A stretch of 64,000 bases of DNA from Pavona decussata (Eukaryota): contig CDRNST010000436.1 of the NCBI GenBank assembly GCA_977016875.1, positions 5,828,001 through 5,892,000 of the forward strand. The letters are read 5' to 3'. A program made the position numbers and the translations under genes. Shown in pieces: positions 12,201-25,400 of this stretch. Position 1 is the first letter of the stretch. Each line of letters starts with the position of its first letter. The notes beneath the pieces are model-generated. The model made no database searches, was not told the origin of the DNA, and saw nothing but the letters and a program-made list of their open reading frames with translations.

Positions 12201-13204
12201 CAGCTGTTCTAAATTATCTGTCCTGTCTAACAGTAACTATATATGCAATATTGACAACGATTAATGGAGAACATGTTATCATCTCAGTTCACTGTTACTT
12301 GGAAACATAATGCATTGTACTTTAACATTAGATATTTATTTGAGCTCCTTGAATGGTTACTTTATTGCTTCAGACAAAAAATTCTATGAAAATTTCAACT
12401 ATTCACGTACCCATCTCTTTTTGGTCTGCCATGTTTTCTGAAAAGACGACTTGCTTCCAATATCTTCTTTCTTTAGCAGAAGCAAAGTCCCCACAATATC
12501 CCTGAGTTGGGTTGTCATAAAGCTAAGCTCACACATTTCCTCCACTTCAAGTGCTTGAATTTGTTGCAAAGTTTGCACAGTCTCACAATGTAAACCTAAT
12601 GCAAACCTATAATTTTTCTCGTTTGTTTTTCACTTTTCACTTCCTTTTAGCGTAATATGCTTTAAACATATAGGTAATTTAAATTAAATGTCTAAGCTCT
12701 GTTCTATTTCTACTCTGCCATTTCTGTGAATATAATTTAATAGAGGGAGCCCATTATTTAAAAGCCTTGTGGTTTCTAATCGGCCTCCTCACCACCTTTA
12801 CTTTATTATTACTACACTTTATTATTCCACTATTATGTCATTTCACCAAATAAGGTCAAGAGAACGCGCAAAATATGAGACCGTAATACACTGTAGTGTC
12901 CCGGTTTGACCGGTTTACAACAGAGCGAATACGGACGGAAAAGGCAGAAAAAAGGAGCAACAATGTCCGGACTGGACGAAGAATAGTTTTTGAAACGATG
13001 CAGACTCGAAAACAAGTTTCACTTGTCATTTATCTTTTCATTTTATCTAATCAAATTAAAGACATTTAACTGGCTTTCTGTGTTGTTTACATCATTCGTA
13101 CGCGCCATATACCGATGGACAGTTGATGCCGGGTGCATTTGAAAACTGTTACCAAAACAGAGAAGCCAAAATAACAAAATCTTTTTGTAGTGGAATAATA
13201 AATC

Positions 13205-13346
13205 TCTTATTCGATGGTTTTACATATAATACTCGCGAACATTTTGCTCATTGCTCGTATTTTTCCTCGCCCCTTCGGGGCTCGGAAAAATACTACGCAA
13301 CTCGCAAAATATCCGCGCGTATTATATGTAAAACCATCGAATAAGA
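13205..13346. mobile_element. Young palindromic element with CTCG-hairpin-CTCG core (Crypton-like?)
   Basis: Perfect 28-bp arms tcttattcgatggttttacatataatac / gtattatatgtaaaaccatcgaataaga. Centre ctcgccccttcggggctcgg. Confidence 0.7.
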
Positions 13347-14325
13347 TATGTGTCTTGTAATTCTTTTTATTGTAGCAAAAAAATAAACTTGAAACTTGAG
13401 AAAATTGTTTGGAATATGAGAAATGACTACAGAAAATTCCCACTTATCTTAGCTCCATTCAGCCAGAGACAGCATTTTTGTCCAGGCACCAAGAAAAGAA
13501 AAGCTTTGTGATACAGGCTTCAAGGACAAAATTTGGTAGCTTTAGGACTTCAAGAGTATCCCTCCCCACCCCCCCCCCCCCCCACCCCCCACAACGCTTT
13601 TTTGGGGTCTTTCTGCAGGTACTGGAGAGCATTGTATTTGTCTTGTTTGACACCTATTGTAATCTTTTTTGGAGTTGTTTTGTTTCCTTTCTTTTGTTTC
13701 TTTTGTTTTACGTCATCTGTACTCCGGTACTCACAGAGAAAGCGATTTTTTAGGACTATGTACACGTACAATCCCAGATTGACAAACAACTAGCACCGTA
13801 CGCGTACGTAAACACAAAACTTTAAGCTTACCTGGAATATCCTTTCGCAGCTTCACATGCTTCCAAAGTCAGTGGGTTCTCTTTCTCAATCCACACTAGC
13901 AACCAAAGTCAAACCTCGCAAAGCTGTTCTTCTCAGGCCGTTGAAACCATAAACCTTTTCACGGCCAAACGGCAAGCTGCGGCCATGCGCGAGGCAAATT
14001 TTTGCACATCGCGCTTCGCAAAATCATTTATAACTGAAAACAAGAGTAAAAATGACCATACCAGTGAATAAATTAAATATAAATAGTAAGTAGAGCATAA
14101 TGAACACATTTTAGGAAGTGTTAGAAAGTAAACAAACCTGTTTGTGCTGTTTTTCGATGAAATCTTTCAAGTTTTCCCGCCGAAGGTGAAAAAAAACGCG
14201 GCTGCCAGCATTCAATCCCATCCCGCTTTGCGAGCAGGGCGACGTGGGTTTTGGGTAAACTAGTTCCCAGTCTGCCTTCTGATTCATATCAAATCTTAGT
14301 TGAAATTACCTGGCCTGGAAGGAGG

Positions 14326-14553
14326 GTGCCTACTTTTTTGCGCGGTTTATGACTATGCGGGCAAAGCAGATCTTAGCAAGGGTTATTAGAATCCAATTTT
14401 TTTTTTGGATACCAAGAGCAGTTGCTGAGTTCTGCTTTCTCTGCATAGTTTTAAACCGTGCAAAAATATCCCCGTATTTTGTAGGCACCACCCATGAGAA
14501 ACCCGAGTATCTCGAGATGCACAGAACGTATGCACAGTAACAAAAGTAGGCAC
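14326..14553. mobile_element. MITE with gtgcctactttt / aaaagtaggcac TIRs
   Basis: Terminal inverted repeats visible; no coding capacity. Confidence 0.55.
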
Positions 14554-14728
14554 TGTCCATAAAAAGAAAAGTTTTGTTTGTTGTTCTCCAATTATTTCGG
14601 ACAATGGTTGGGTGTACCAGCGTACCAGAACAGTATGGTGGGTTTGTGCACACCGGACTCCTTGCCTACCACGTGCACACGTATTCGTTTTCACTATTTA
14701 TCCTAATTCTACCACATCTTCTTAATGG

Positions 14729-14857
14729 NNNNNNNNNNNNNNNNNNNNNNNNNNNNNNNNNNNNNNNNNNNNNNNNNNNNNNNNNNNNNNNNNNNNNNNN
14801 NNNNNNNNNNNNNNNNNNNNNNNNNNNNNNNNNNNNNNNNNNNNNNNNNNNNNNNNN
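14729..14857. other. Assembly gap (129 N)
   Basis: Run of N. Confidence 1.
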
Positions 14858-15519
14858 CCATTTCATTTATAAAAACTGCAATCGATATGCGTCATGGGTC
14901 CTAAAACGACTGCAGAGGAGACAAGAACGTTCCCGCCGTCCCTCTGTGCGTTTTCAGAATAGGAACAAAGCTTGAGACTCGAGAAGCTTGGAATTTCTTA
15001 CTGAGAATCCGCCTCCCTTACGACCTTGACTTTAGCGACTTTACCGGTGGTCCCCTTTTTCTTCACGAAATCCTCGCAGCACGGCGCAGTGGAGGTCGGG
15101 TAATGGCCTGGATATTCCCTTGATTTGCCACAGAATTTGAAAATAAACAACATCAGAGGCATACGACTCTGCTGGTCACAGGCTTCTGGTGGGAACGAAC
15201 TGAGCTGGGATTGGGAAGGTTATAAATATACATATCACAATGAGCGTTAAGACTGGCAGGCTATCCTCCACGCTTAGTCTCTTGTTTGAACAATTCAAAC
15301 ACAAGGAGACTTAATAAACAAAATAATTTTATTGCCTTATAAATAACCGTATCGCAAAATAATCGCTCTATTAAATACACGAAAAAAAAAACATATTTAA
15401 AACAATAACACCCAAAAATAAAAATAAAGTACACACTAATGTGATACCCAACTTAAATATTTGAAGAGATTCCTTACATCACGTGTGTTACAATTTACAA
15501 GTCGACGTCAATTTTCTAT

Positions 15520-15830
15520 GGTCCATAATCTTACAGATCATAAAACGACATCATAAAATGTACAAACTTTAGAGGAAACATGAGCCGCAGGTGAGTGGTT
15601 TCACTGCCCAAGATTTAAACATTTTATGGCGTCATTTTATTGTCTATAAGAGTATAGACCATAGAAAACTGTCGTCGATTTTATTTTTACAAAAACAAGG
15701 AAAAATACGAACGGAATTTGCTTTATTTCCCTCGAGAAAGCGCGCGCGTTACATCTGACGTCATTTTTATTTTCTGTACCCCTTATAGATAATAGTTAAG
15801 AGCGCGGGAATTTTAACAGTTATTGTAGAA
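15520..15830. mobile_element. Degenerate palindromic element with gagccgcaggtgag core
   Basis: gacatcataaaatgt / acattttatggcgtc arms and tctatggtc / gaccataga. Confidence 0.5.
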
Positions 15831-16441
15831 AATGGGTTACCCAGGTTAAAGAGGCCGATCAGCAACCTTACTAGGAAAGGTCTGTGCTTAAGATGCTGTA
15901 ATGCAGCAGAGAAGGCGGCTTTCATACCTTACTGTAGGTAGCTTCGCCGTTTTATCAACCTCAAACGGGAAATCGGATAAACGAAATTCAAGAAATTCTT
16001 GCTTAGCTTGCCTTCACTACAATGTATATAATGAGGAAGACTCTACGCTTAGTAACAAGACTTAAAATTTATAAATGGAATTTTAAGCGCCTTTAATCGG
16101 ACGTCTGAGAGACAAACCTTGACACTTCATACTGACGACATTGCACTAGCCGCCTGGTCACTACTGTGAGAACTACCCATTTAGTGGGGAGGGGGACAAC
16201 TGTGTTTACGGGACGACTATTTTGTGAGGACACTGAGAGATTGGCACCCTGTTCTATTAAAATCTAATTTACAATGCCCAGCTCTTAATAAATCTAAAGA
16301 AAACAATGCCATTGTATCAGGTCACATAATGCCATTGCTTTCAAGTGTTACGTGGTCTTGATGGTGAACGGCCAGTAGCCGCAGAGTGCCAGCCTCGGGG
16401 TCTTTCAGTGTTATATGTTCTCCAAAATGCTGACATGGAGG

Positions 16442-19400
16442 TTATTTCTTCACCTTTGTTGCAACTGATGCAGTGCTCCGTTTTGTTGTTCGTGAAGATA
16501 TCTGTGTTTTGCGCAGTTTCTCGCCCTTGCCCCGAGAAGCTGTCTTTCTTTGAGAGCCCGTGGGGGTGGTAGACGGGGGAGGGCCATCGGGGTCTGTTGT
16601 TGGAGTCGGGCTTTCTGCTCGCCGACTGGAAGCTGTCTTTACTCCACCTAATAATAAAAACAAACGATGCTAATGAAGTCGAACTTGCTCTGTCTCCCGT
16701 AGGTAGACATATCGGGCAATAACTAGCTTTGCTGAATGTGCCTACTTTTGAAACGGGGAGATGTAATCGACTGTATCCAGATTCCTGTCACTGGCTTGGA
16801 TAAAGTCACAAATACCGCTACATACATGTATCATGCTCTGGTAACTTGTAGCCACTGAAATGGGCACAACGACCACATTTGTAGCGGGCATTACCCTTTG
16901 ATCTACCAAATAGTAATATTGAACCCGATTGTAAGCAGCCGTGAACAGCTGTTTCGGCCATATTAGGCCTCAGCAGGGCATATATAGCTACGATCAGGCT
17001 CTGAGGTCCTATCTTTGACGCAAAACATTTTTCACTGCTTTACTATATCAATGATACCTGGATTATTTGGTTAATTCACCTGACAGTTTAAGCTATCAAG
17101 ATTGACTACATCATTATTTTCTAGCAAAACTGATATTTTGAAATAGTTAGAATCTGAAAATTCCCTTTAGTAACTCTTGAATTCTTCAGGTGTCAGGCAA
17201 GGGATAACATACATGTAGAGAAAAAGACAAAGGATTCCTCACCTGTCAGCCTGACACATTCCTCCCTATGCCTTGCATTCCATGCCTTCAGCTTGCAGGA
17301 CTTGCTGCAATAAAACACTTCTTTACATCTTGTGCACGCAGACAAGCGAATTGCAATCGAGCGCCCACACTCGTAACAGTACCGGAAGCGGTTCTTCATC
17401 ACTTGTTGTCGCTGTTTCAGAGCCTGCGTCGCTAGTGCTGAGATACTCATGTGGTCAGCGGCTTTGGTCACTGCAATACGTAATCCACAGTTTGCATCTC
17501 GACCTGGAGACGAGGGTTTAGTGGATGGATACTCAGGAGCACTGGGCCTAAGAGAACACGGAGTGCTTTCTTTGCTCGCCACGGCAGTTGGTGACAGTTC
17601 AGAAGTCATGTCCTCCTTTTCTTCCTAGAAACAAAACAATTAAAGAAAAAGAAATTGTTAAAATAATAAACCCATCTGCAATAAATGACAAAATGAAAAC
17701 CAGAGTACCGTAAAAATGAAACTTTTGAATGCAGGGGACAAAACGGAGCAGAAATAAACTGTTCTGAATACCTTTCGTTGACGAATCTCTTGTAGTAGAA
17801 ATGAACGAGCTAGACGTCACTTTACATGTAAATAAACCAAACTGATTGCAGGGCTAACACTACATGGCAAAGGGCAATTTATTTAGGCAAATAGTGTAAC
17901 TCTGGCCCTGAAGAAGGTTAGTTGTACTAGTTGAAATATTGCCCAAATAAATAAGCCCTTTGCCGTAATGTCAACCCTGCAATCAGTTCAGTCAGTTTGG
18001 TTTAGAGTAAAGTAAAGTTTAGTTTAAGTTATACAACCCGCTTTGCTATATGCGGGTTGTACATTTTTTTAATTTGTTAAATTTTAAATTATTGAAATAA
18101 AAACTGATTGATTGATTGATTGATTGATCGATCGATCGATTTAGAGTACTGTAACCTACCTCATCCACACCAGGGCTCTCTCCGTCAGTTCCAGTGATCG
18201 CCTTAACTTCACTATCCGCTTCAGCCTCAAGATCATCCGCTCCAAAAACCTCGTTTTCAAGTCGGAAACTTACGCGGCTGAACCTCATGCCATCGTTTTT
18301 ATCAGCTGTGTTACGGTCTTGATTTGTCCTAGCAAGGGAAGGGTCTTGGTCTCTCAGCTTGCTGCCTTTGTCAGGTGATTTGAGAATACCCCAAGCTGAC
18401 TGAGAAGTTCCCTCGGATTTCTGGACTCCTGAAAAAACAAGCACTAAACTGATTAGCATGTTATTTATGGCCAAAAAGAAATTATCCTGATTTTTATGAT
18501 CAAATTCTTGCATCGTTTCGATTAGGGCAAAAAAAACTTCTTTCTTTATGACAAATAGGCATAAAAGAGAAAGAAACATAACAAGTTAATTTTAAAGGAA
18601 GTAAACGTGTAAAACAAGTATTGCAGTGATTCTATGTACAACTATTCATTGCTTACCGCCTGTTTCTAGCTGTAAGTGTGGTGGTCTGCCATGGTATTTT
18701 TCAAAATCAAGTTTCATTGGGGAAAATAAACAAAGCAGTCATGACAGTAACGACAACAAGAACGTCACAAAAGTTAAGGTTTAACCCTTTCACTCTCATG
18801 AATCTCCTGACTGGCTGCCATGCATATCATTTTTAAAGTTAGATCACAGAATTTGGTGTTACAATATCACCTAGTTGATGATTTTCTTTATTCTCATCAC
18901 CTGTCTAGATGACAATGCATAGATCACGTAAGAAGAAATTACACATTGATCACTGCTGTGAGTGAAAGGGTTAATGGGTCTTTACATTCTTTACTCATTT
19001 CCATACATTTCTTCATCATTCCGACACATTCACACTGATGTGAAATGAACAATTCAAAGTGAACACACCAACTGCATTCTTGATGGTTTGCGCAGATAAA
19101 ACCAAATGATTGACTTGGAAAACCTTTAATTGCAAACCAGCTTAGAGATTGTGCTTTTACTTTTTAAGGCAGCTTATTGTTATAGCATTGCCATCATAGT
19201 TACTTGAAGTCCCTCTTAACATGCTTACCTGCCTGTTTCTCTGCCTCTTCAATCTGTTTGTCGATAAGCTCTTTCTCTTTCTTCAACACCTGGGTGCGCA
19301 ACAAATCTCCCAGATGATCTAACATTTCCCGACGGGCATTGTAACACTCGCGTTCTGTCACTGTCAGGGCATGGTAAGGAGTGTGAGCGATCTTGCGATC

Positions 19401-22400
19401 CTACAAAAAATTTTACAAAGTGTTTTGTTAGCCTGGAAATGTTTTATGAGGTTGTGAGATCCAGTGAATCGTCTTAGGTTGAAAACAGATAACTTGCCTG
19501 TTCAATCTGTTTGTGGTTATGCTTATGACACTAATGATTTACTCTGATAATGACTCCTGCAATATGTTTACACCGCTAGCTAAGAGCTTCTCTCTTGGAC
19601 AGTCAGCTTTGAAACAGGAAGAGAATTATTTATTCCTTTGTGAAGTTTAATGCTTGGCCCCACTAGCACTTGTGCTATAAACATTACTGAGGGTAAATAA
19701 TAAATAAATTTATTAATTTATTTATTTATTTGTTTATTTAATATTTAATATCATGAGTATGGACAAAAACTGACCAGCAGTGCATACTACATCCAGAGAA
19801 TAACCTTTACACAACTACCCTTAAGAAAAAAGAAGGACTGCTCAAAGACTGATAAAAAAGAAAATTTTATATGAGTATAAGAAAGAAATGAATAGCAGTG
19901 TTTACCTGATAAAACACATTATAAGCATAATCCACCACAGTGCCAGGAGGGTATTTGAGGTTCACAGTGATTGGAGACAGGATGTTGGCTCCAGCTCTCA
20001 TCACCTTGTTAATCTTGAACAACGAGTTAAAAAACTTCACATCAGTCTTATTACTAAGAGTTTTCCACAATACAACTTTCCAAGATAAGATTAAAATGAC
20101 TAAGTTTGTAGCCTGCGTAGCTGGCGGTTTAGTTTGCGTGGGGTCGAAAGGCTTGGCGGTGGAACTGACATCAGCAGCTTCCGCCCCATTCCTCTCGCGG
20201 CTTTGCCGCCAAGACTTTTGACCCCACACGAACAAGACCACCAGCTGCCAAGACTACTTAGTTTCCAAATGTGCCAAGCTCTCTTGTTATCACTATTTTT
20301 CCTGAGTGATCTGAGGCAGCACAGGTAGTGAATTTAACAATATGATTGACAACATTTATAAGGAATAAATCCTCCATGCAAGCAACCTATATTGTATGAA
20401 CTCACCAGTTTTATTCTTCCAGCAGGAGTCCTTCTTCTTTCAGCCATAAAGGATGTTGCAGCACAAAGTGCTGAGCCTACCCCTTTAGAAAGACGAAGGC
20501 TAGGGTTAGCTCCATGCTCCAGAAGTGTGTCCACAGCCTGCAAAGGAAATGAACAAAATTAACAATTTTTTTTGTAGCCTCTGTGATATATAACAGAACG
20601 TATCCTGCAGCTTATGTACAGTATAAGGGGCCATCTTTCTTAAGATAGTGTTTAATATGCTGAACAAGGTACATGTACATGGAGAGTGTGTATGTAGTTC
20701 CAAGAGAAAATGCTACTAACAGTATATAGCATGACCATTGAACCAAATGCTACTGAGCAGTACTTTCCTGTACAGTTCTTGATTGAGCTGTACAGAGTGG
20801 TTCTCACTTTTGAGTCTGTGGATGAAATCCCAAAGTGTGACTATTCAAATGAGAGCTGATGAGCAGTGCTTTCCTGTGGTGATGTTTATTATGTTACACA
20901 AGGTAATTCTAACCTTTTATTCTGTGGATGAAATACTAAAGTGACTGGCCATTCAAATGTACACAACACTCTTTAAACACTTGGAACTTTTTTGTTTGCA
21001 TGAATTGAAAACTTGTTAAGCTTGTTAAGGGAGCAGGGATGACAAAATGGCGTCAGAGCACTTGTCTCCCACCAATGTGACCCAAGTTTGATTCCCAGTT
21101 GGTTCTTGTCCTTGTTCCGAGAGGTTTTTGTCCTGCCTAGTCCTGTTTTCCCCTTTCCTCAAAATCCGAGGACCACAGGTTTGTTAGTTGTTAGACTACT
21201 GAGTGCCATCCTTGTTAAGCAAAGTCAATTTATTTATCAATATCACTGAGTGATGTCTCACCAGATCATTTCCACTGCAGATTGCCAAGGAGAGAGCAGA
21301 GTGTCCTTCACATAACAGATCAGGATTGGCTCCATACTCCAATAAAAGGCGCACCACAGCACATGCTACCTGCAAATAAATCAACCCTTTTTATGTGAAA
21401 ATTTAAGACATAGGTGCTGGGAAACAATAGCTGGCCCATTACAAATACATGTTCCATCCTGAGAGGTGTTCCCTTACTTTACCTGTCTCCCCATACCAAC
21501 TGTCATTGCGTTACTAAGTAAACAAGAGATTCCCAATTACTGCAGGTGTCCTCTTACAGGAAGTATCAAGTGCCTCATACAGGAACTCAGGGTTTTCATT
21601 TGAGGCCGGAGGCCGAACGTTTCGTCCGGTCGTTTGCCATTCCACGTCCGGTACTTTGAGATCAATATTAGCAATTTTTTTTACTACTGTATTATATATT
21701 TTTCTTACTAAGGCATTCCATGAAACATACTGACTAGAGGATAACAGAATAATCAATTACATTCTTCAAAACGGCCATATAACTCTTTTTTCTTTGCTTA
21801 TTGAGCGGCAGGATATTTTATTGGTTTCCTCTCTTCATTTAAACGGAATTGAAGTGACTATTTCGTTCCAGAAACGCTGGAAATGGCGTTTCTGAGTATT
21901 CTATTTTAAAAATTTCCAGGGGGAGCATGCCCCGAAACCGCCCTAGGTGCTTGTGCCTTCGGCGCTCGCGACGCGCCTTACGGCTCCAAGAAAACATTCA
22001 CGTCCAGTGCTTTCAGAATTATGTCCGCTACTTTACAAAACAGTTGAAAACCCTGAGGAACTGTCCCTTTACATGACAACAGGTGTTCCCTTAGCATCTA
22101 GGTATCCACTTACAGGAGGGGTTCTCTTAACTAAGGTGTGCCCTCACCCAACAGTCCCTTTACTCAAGGTCGCTTTACATGAGCTGCCCCCTCTCACACA
22201 CTTAATGTGACATCTCACATAGCGAGTCCCCCTAGGATAGGTATCCTCTAACTAAGAAGTGCTGACGCAGCAGAAATGTACCCTAAGATGAGGTTTCCGC
22301 TTACACAGGGTGTTCCTTTGCATAAGGTTTTACATGAGGTGTCCCCTTGGAGAAGAAGAGGTGTACCATTTGATTTCCCTTATACAGTCGAACCTCTTTA

Positions 22401-25400
22401 TTACGGACACCAAGGGGACAGGGATAAGTGTCCGCATTATAAAGGCGTCCGTTTTAGAGAGGTGGGCTTTATATGGATTTCGGTCTCTCAGGGACCAAGT
22501 AAACTGTCTGTAATAGAGAGGTGTCCATATTAAAGAGGTGTCCGTAAGGAGAGGTTCCGCTGTATGTGGTGTTCCCTTGCTTCCGAATGCTGACGTATTT
22601 CCAGCTCTCGCTTCTCAGCAAGAGCCAGAAATATGTCTGTATTCGCAGGCTAGGTGTTCCCTAACAAGCGATCAGTAATAAAGCTATTCCAATTTAGAGA
22701 TTGAACAGTCATACTTTGTCATTATCCTCTCTTGAACAAGCTATATGGGCTGGTGTTCTCCCATTATCCTCGGAATCAAATGCACTGTCTCTTATGTTAG
22801 GATCAGCTCCAGATTTCAGAAGCAGCTCTGTGATCTCAACTCCTGTTTCATCAGGCAAAGCTACGGCAATATGAAGAGGTGCAATCCCTGATTGCTAATA
22901 AATAAAATACAAAAGAATGTGATAACAAAATGAATGCGTTTTCATGAAAATGAAGTGTTATAGTCAGCATAATCTTGGCCGATTTATTTTGTTTTGTTTT
23001 TCATGTATACCTCATTTCATGCAGGAATGAAGTCATTTCTTCTAAGTTAATTAATGTCTACTGAAAGTCCCTCTTGTGTTTACAAGGATACTTCATTACA
23101 TCCCTGTCTGGAGGACAGGAGTGAAATTATCATGTACTACACACACACAACATCAACAGAAAAAATGAGTAGGTAAGAAAAGAAACTTGAAGAAATTAGG
23201 TTCCAAGCTATAACACTAGTGTGTAACAAAGATAATTTGTTAGAGTTGTCTCTTACTTCCTTTGATAACTTGGCTGAAGTTTCAGCTCCTTTCTGAAGTA
23301 AAATTTCCACAGCAGCAGTATCAGCAGCTTTCACAGCAAAGAAAAGGACTGGCATTGGAAGAGATGAAGCATTCGGGTCTGCACCTCTTCTTAGCAAAAG
23401 ACGGACCGTTGCTTCAAGATGAGGACGCCTGAAATGAAATGAAAAACATTATGCAGGCTCAGTACAGGAACTTTTTGGATTTTAACTGAGCTTAGTGAGG
23501 GGAGAAGACGCTCCAATCTTTCCTTACAGCAAAAGGGTACAACTGTGCAACTAAAAGCCAAAAGTATATCCCCTACATTACTGGTATGATAGGACTTACA
23601 CTGTAATTCACATCAATCTTTGCCTTGCAATAAATTATTACTGCCAGGAATGTTTGCTCAGTTCCTCTAACCCATTTGGTTCACAATCAATAAAAAATAC
23701 TACAATTTGAAATTTCCCCCCCCCTTCCTTTTGCAAACTTTAAAGTTAACAAAGCACCCCTTTCAGGTGGAGCCTCTCCATATGACTCACTATATGCAAT
23801 ACCCCTCCCCCACCCCCTGGCTGAGTGCCATTCTTTACTCCCTGATCTCAAACCTTTTTACACTGTCAATGGTTTTTCTAGTTTGAAACAATAAAACAGA
23901 ATAGCATGAAAGTTTCAAAAGAAAGTAATTATTAGCATTTTGCTTACCTCTGAACAGCTAGTAACACTTGCTTGCTTTGTTCCATGCTGTTTTCACTGCG
24001 CATATCATCAGCTGATTCTGACGGCAGTCTTGTGCTGCTTACTGCACTCATTATGCTGAACAGGGATGGATCCATTGCACTTAGTTTGCCAGTTTTATCA
24101 CCAATCGATGCACCATTGATTGGTGTCAGCATATCTGACTCCATATGATTATCAACAGCACCATCAATAGTTATTTTTGTTCCTTGGTCAGTAATACCAT
24201 TTATAAAACCATTTTTATTTACATCTAATTTATTTTTCATGCAGTTGTTTAAATTGTTTTCCAATTCATCACTCTTTGCATCCTTATCTCCAAATGTTCT
24301 TGCGGTAAATTCAATAATTCTGTATGTCCTTTGATCATTGTTTTCAACTGGATTGCTCCCATTCTGAACGCAGTTCTCGACACATTCATCTTCAGAATTT
24401 ACCTCGGCTTCTCCAGATTCAGTGTTTGTTTCAAACCCAGTACCCTCAACCACAACATTTTGACGGTAATTCCTATGGATGTAAGTTCCTTTTTGGAGAT
24501 CTTCCTGTATACAGTTGAATAGGTTTTCATCAGGTATGTTTTCTGCAATGTTATCTTTCCAAGTGTGCTTGGTATAGAACAGGACATGACAAGCACCCAG
24601 AACTGACAATCCCTCATCATTTAACTTGTTCACATTGGCTCCATTGTCCAGCAAGCAGTTGATGACATCTCGGTGGCAATTTACCTTCAGAACACAAACA
24701 ACAAGTGGTAAAGCACATGAATCAGTTAAAGGGAGAGTGTAAATACTCAACCAACTCAAGCAAAGGATGAACGATTTCTTTTCTTCTTTTGTTAAAGCCA
24801 AACAAAAGTAATCACCCAAGCATCTTGAGTTGTTGACAAACACCATAACCTAATTTGCCAAATTCAAGCCTTTAGATCACAAAATAAATACAGAACTAAA
24901 ATCTGATGTGATGTTACCTGTCTGTATTTCAAATTAGGAGCAAATTTGGAGAAGTTTGGAGTCAAAGGCCAGTTCATGACTTGCATGCCCTTCTCCTGCT
25001 AAGCCATTCATTTGCAACAAATAGTACAAAAATAATTATAATTCCAAAACATCTTTACTTACTGAAGCAGCTAGCAGTGCAGTATATCCAGTTTTGTCAG
25101 CAACATCAACATGAACATTGCCACTTTCAATCAAACTCCTCACTTTAATACAGTCTCCTGCAGCTGATGCTCTTAAAAGTTCCTCTGAAGCCTGCTCAAC
25201 AGGTCCTTTGGGACCCTTGTTGCCACGAACACCTTCTATAATGTCTGAGTATGAAAAGGAATTTGGAATCTGAGATAACAGTTTACCGTTGTCAATTCCC
25301 TCAAAGTCTTGTAAGGAAGGAGTTGAATTCCGGACACTCTCCTTAGCAGTGTTAGCTCGCTTCACTTTGCCTGATAAATTGTCTCCAGCATTCACATTGT

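Noticed and set aside
13123-13443. Overlapping ORFs on both strands sharing LFDGFTYNTR..ICKTIE
   Set aside because: Artefact of translating a DNA palindrome in both directions.
14574-14975. ORFs spanning the N run
   Set aside because: Open only because Ns hide stop codons.
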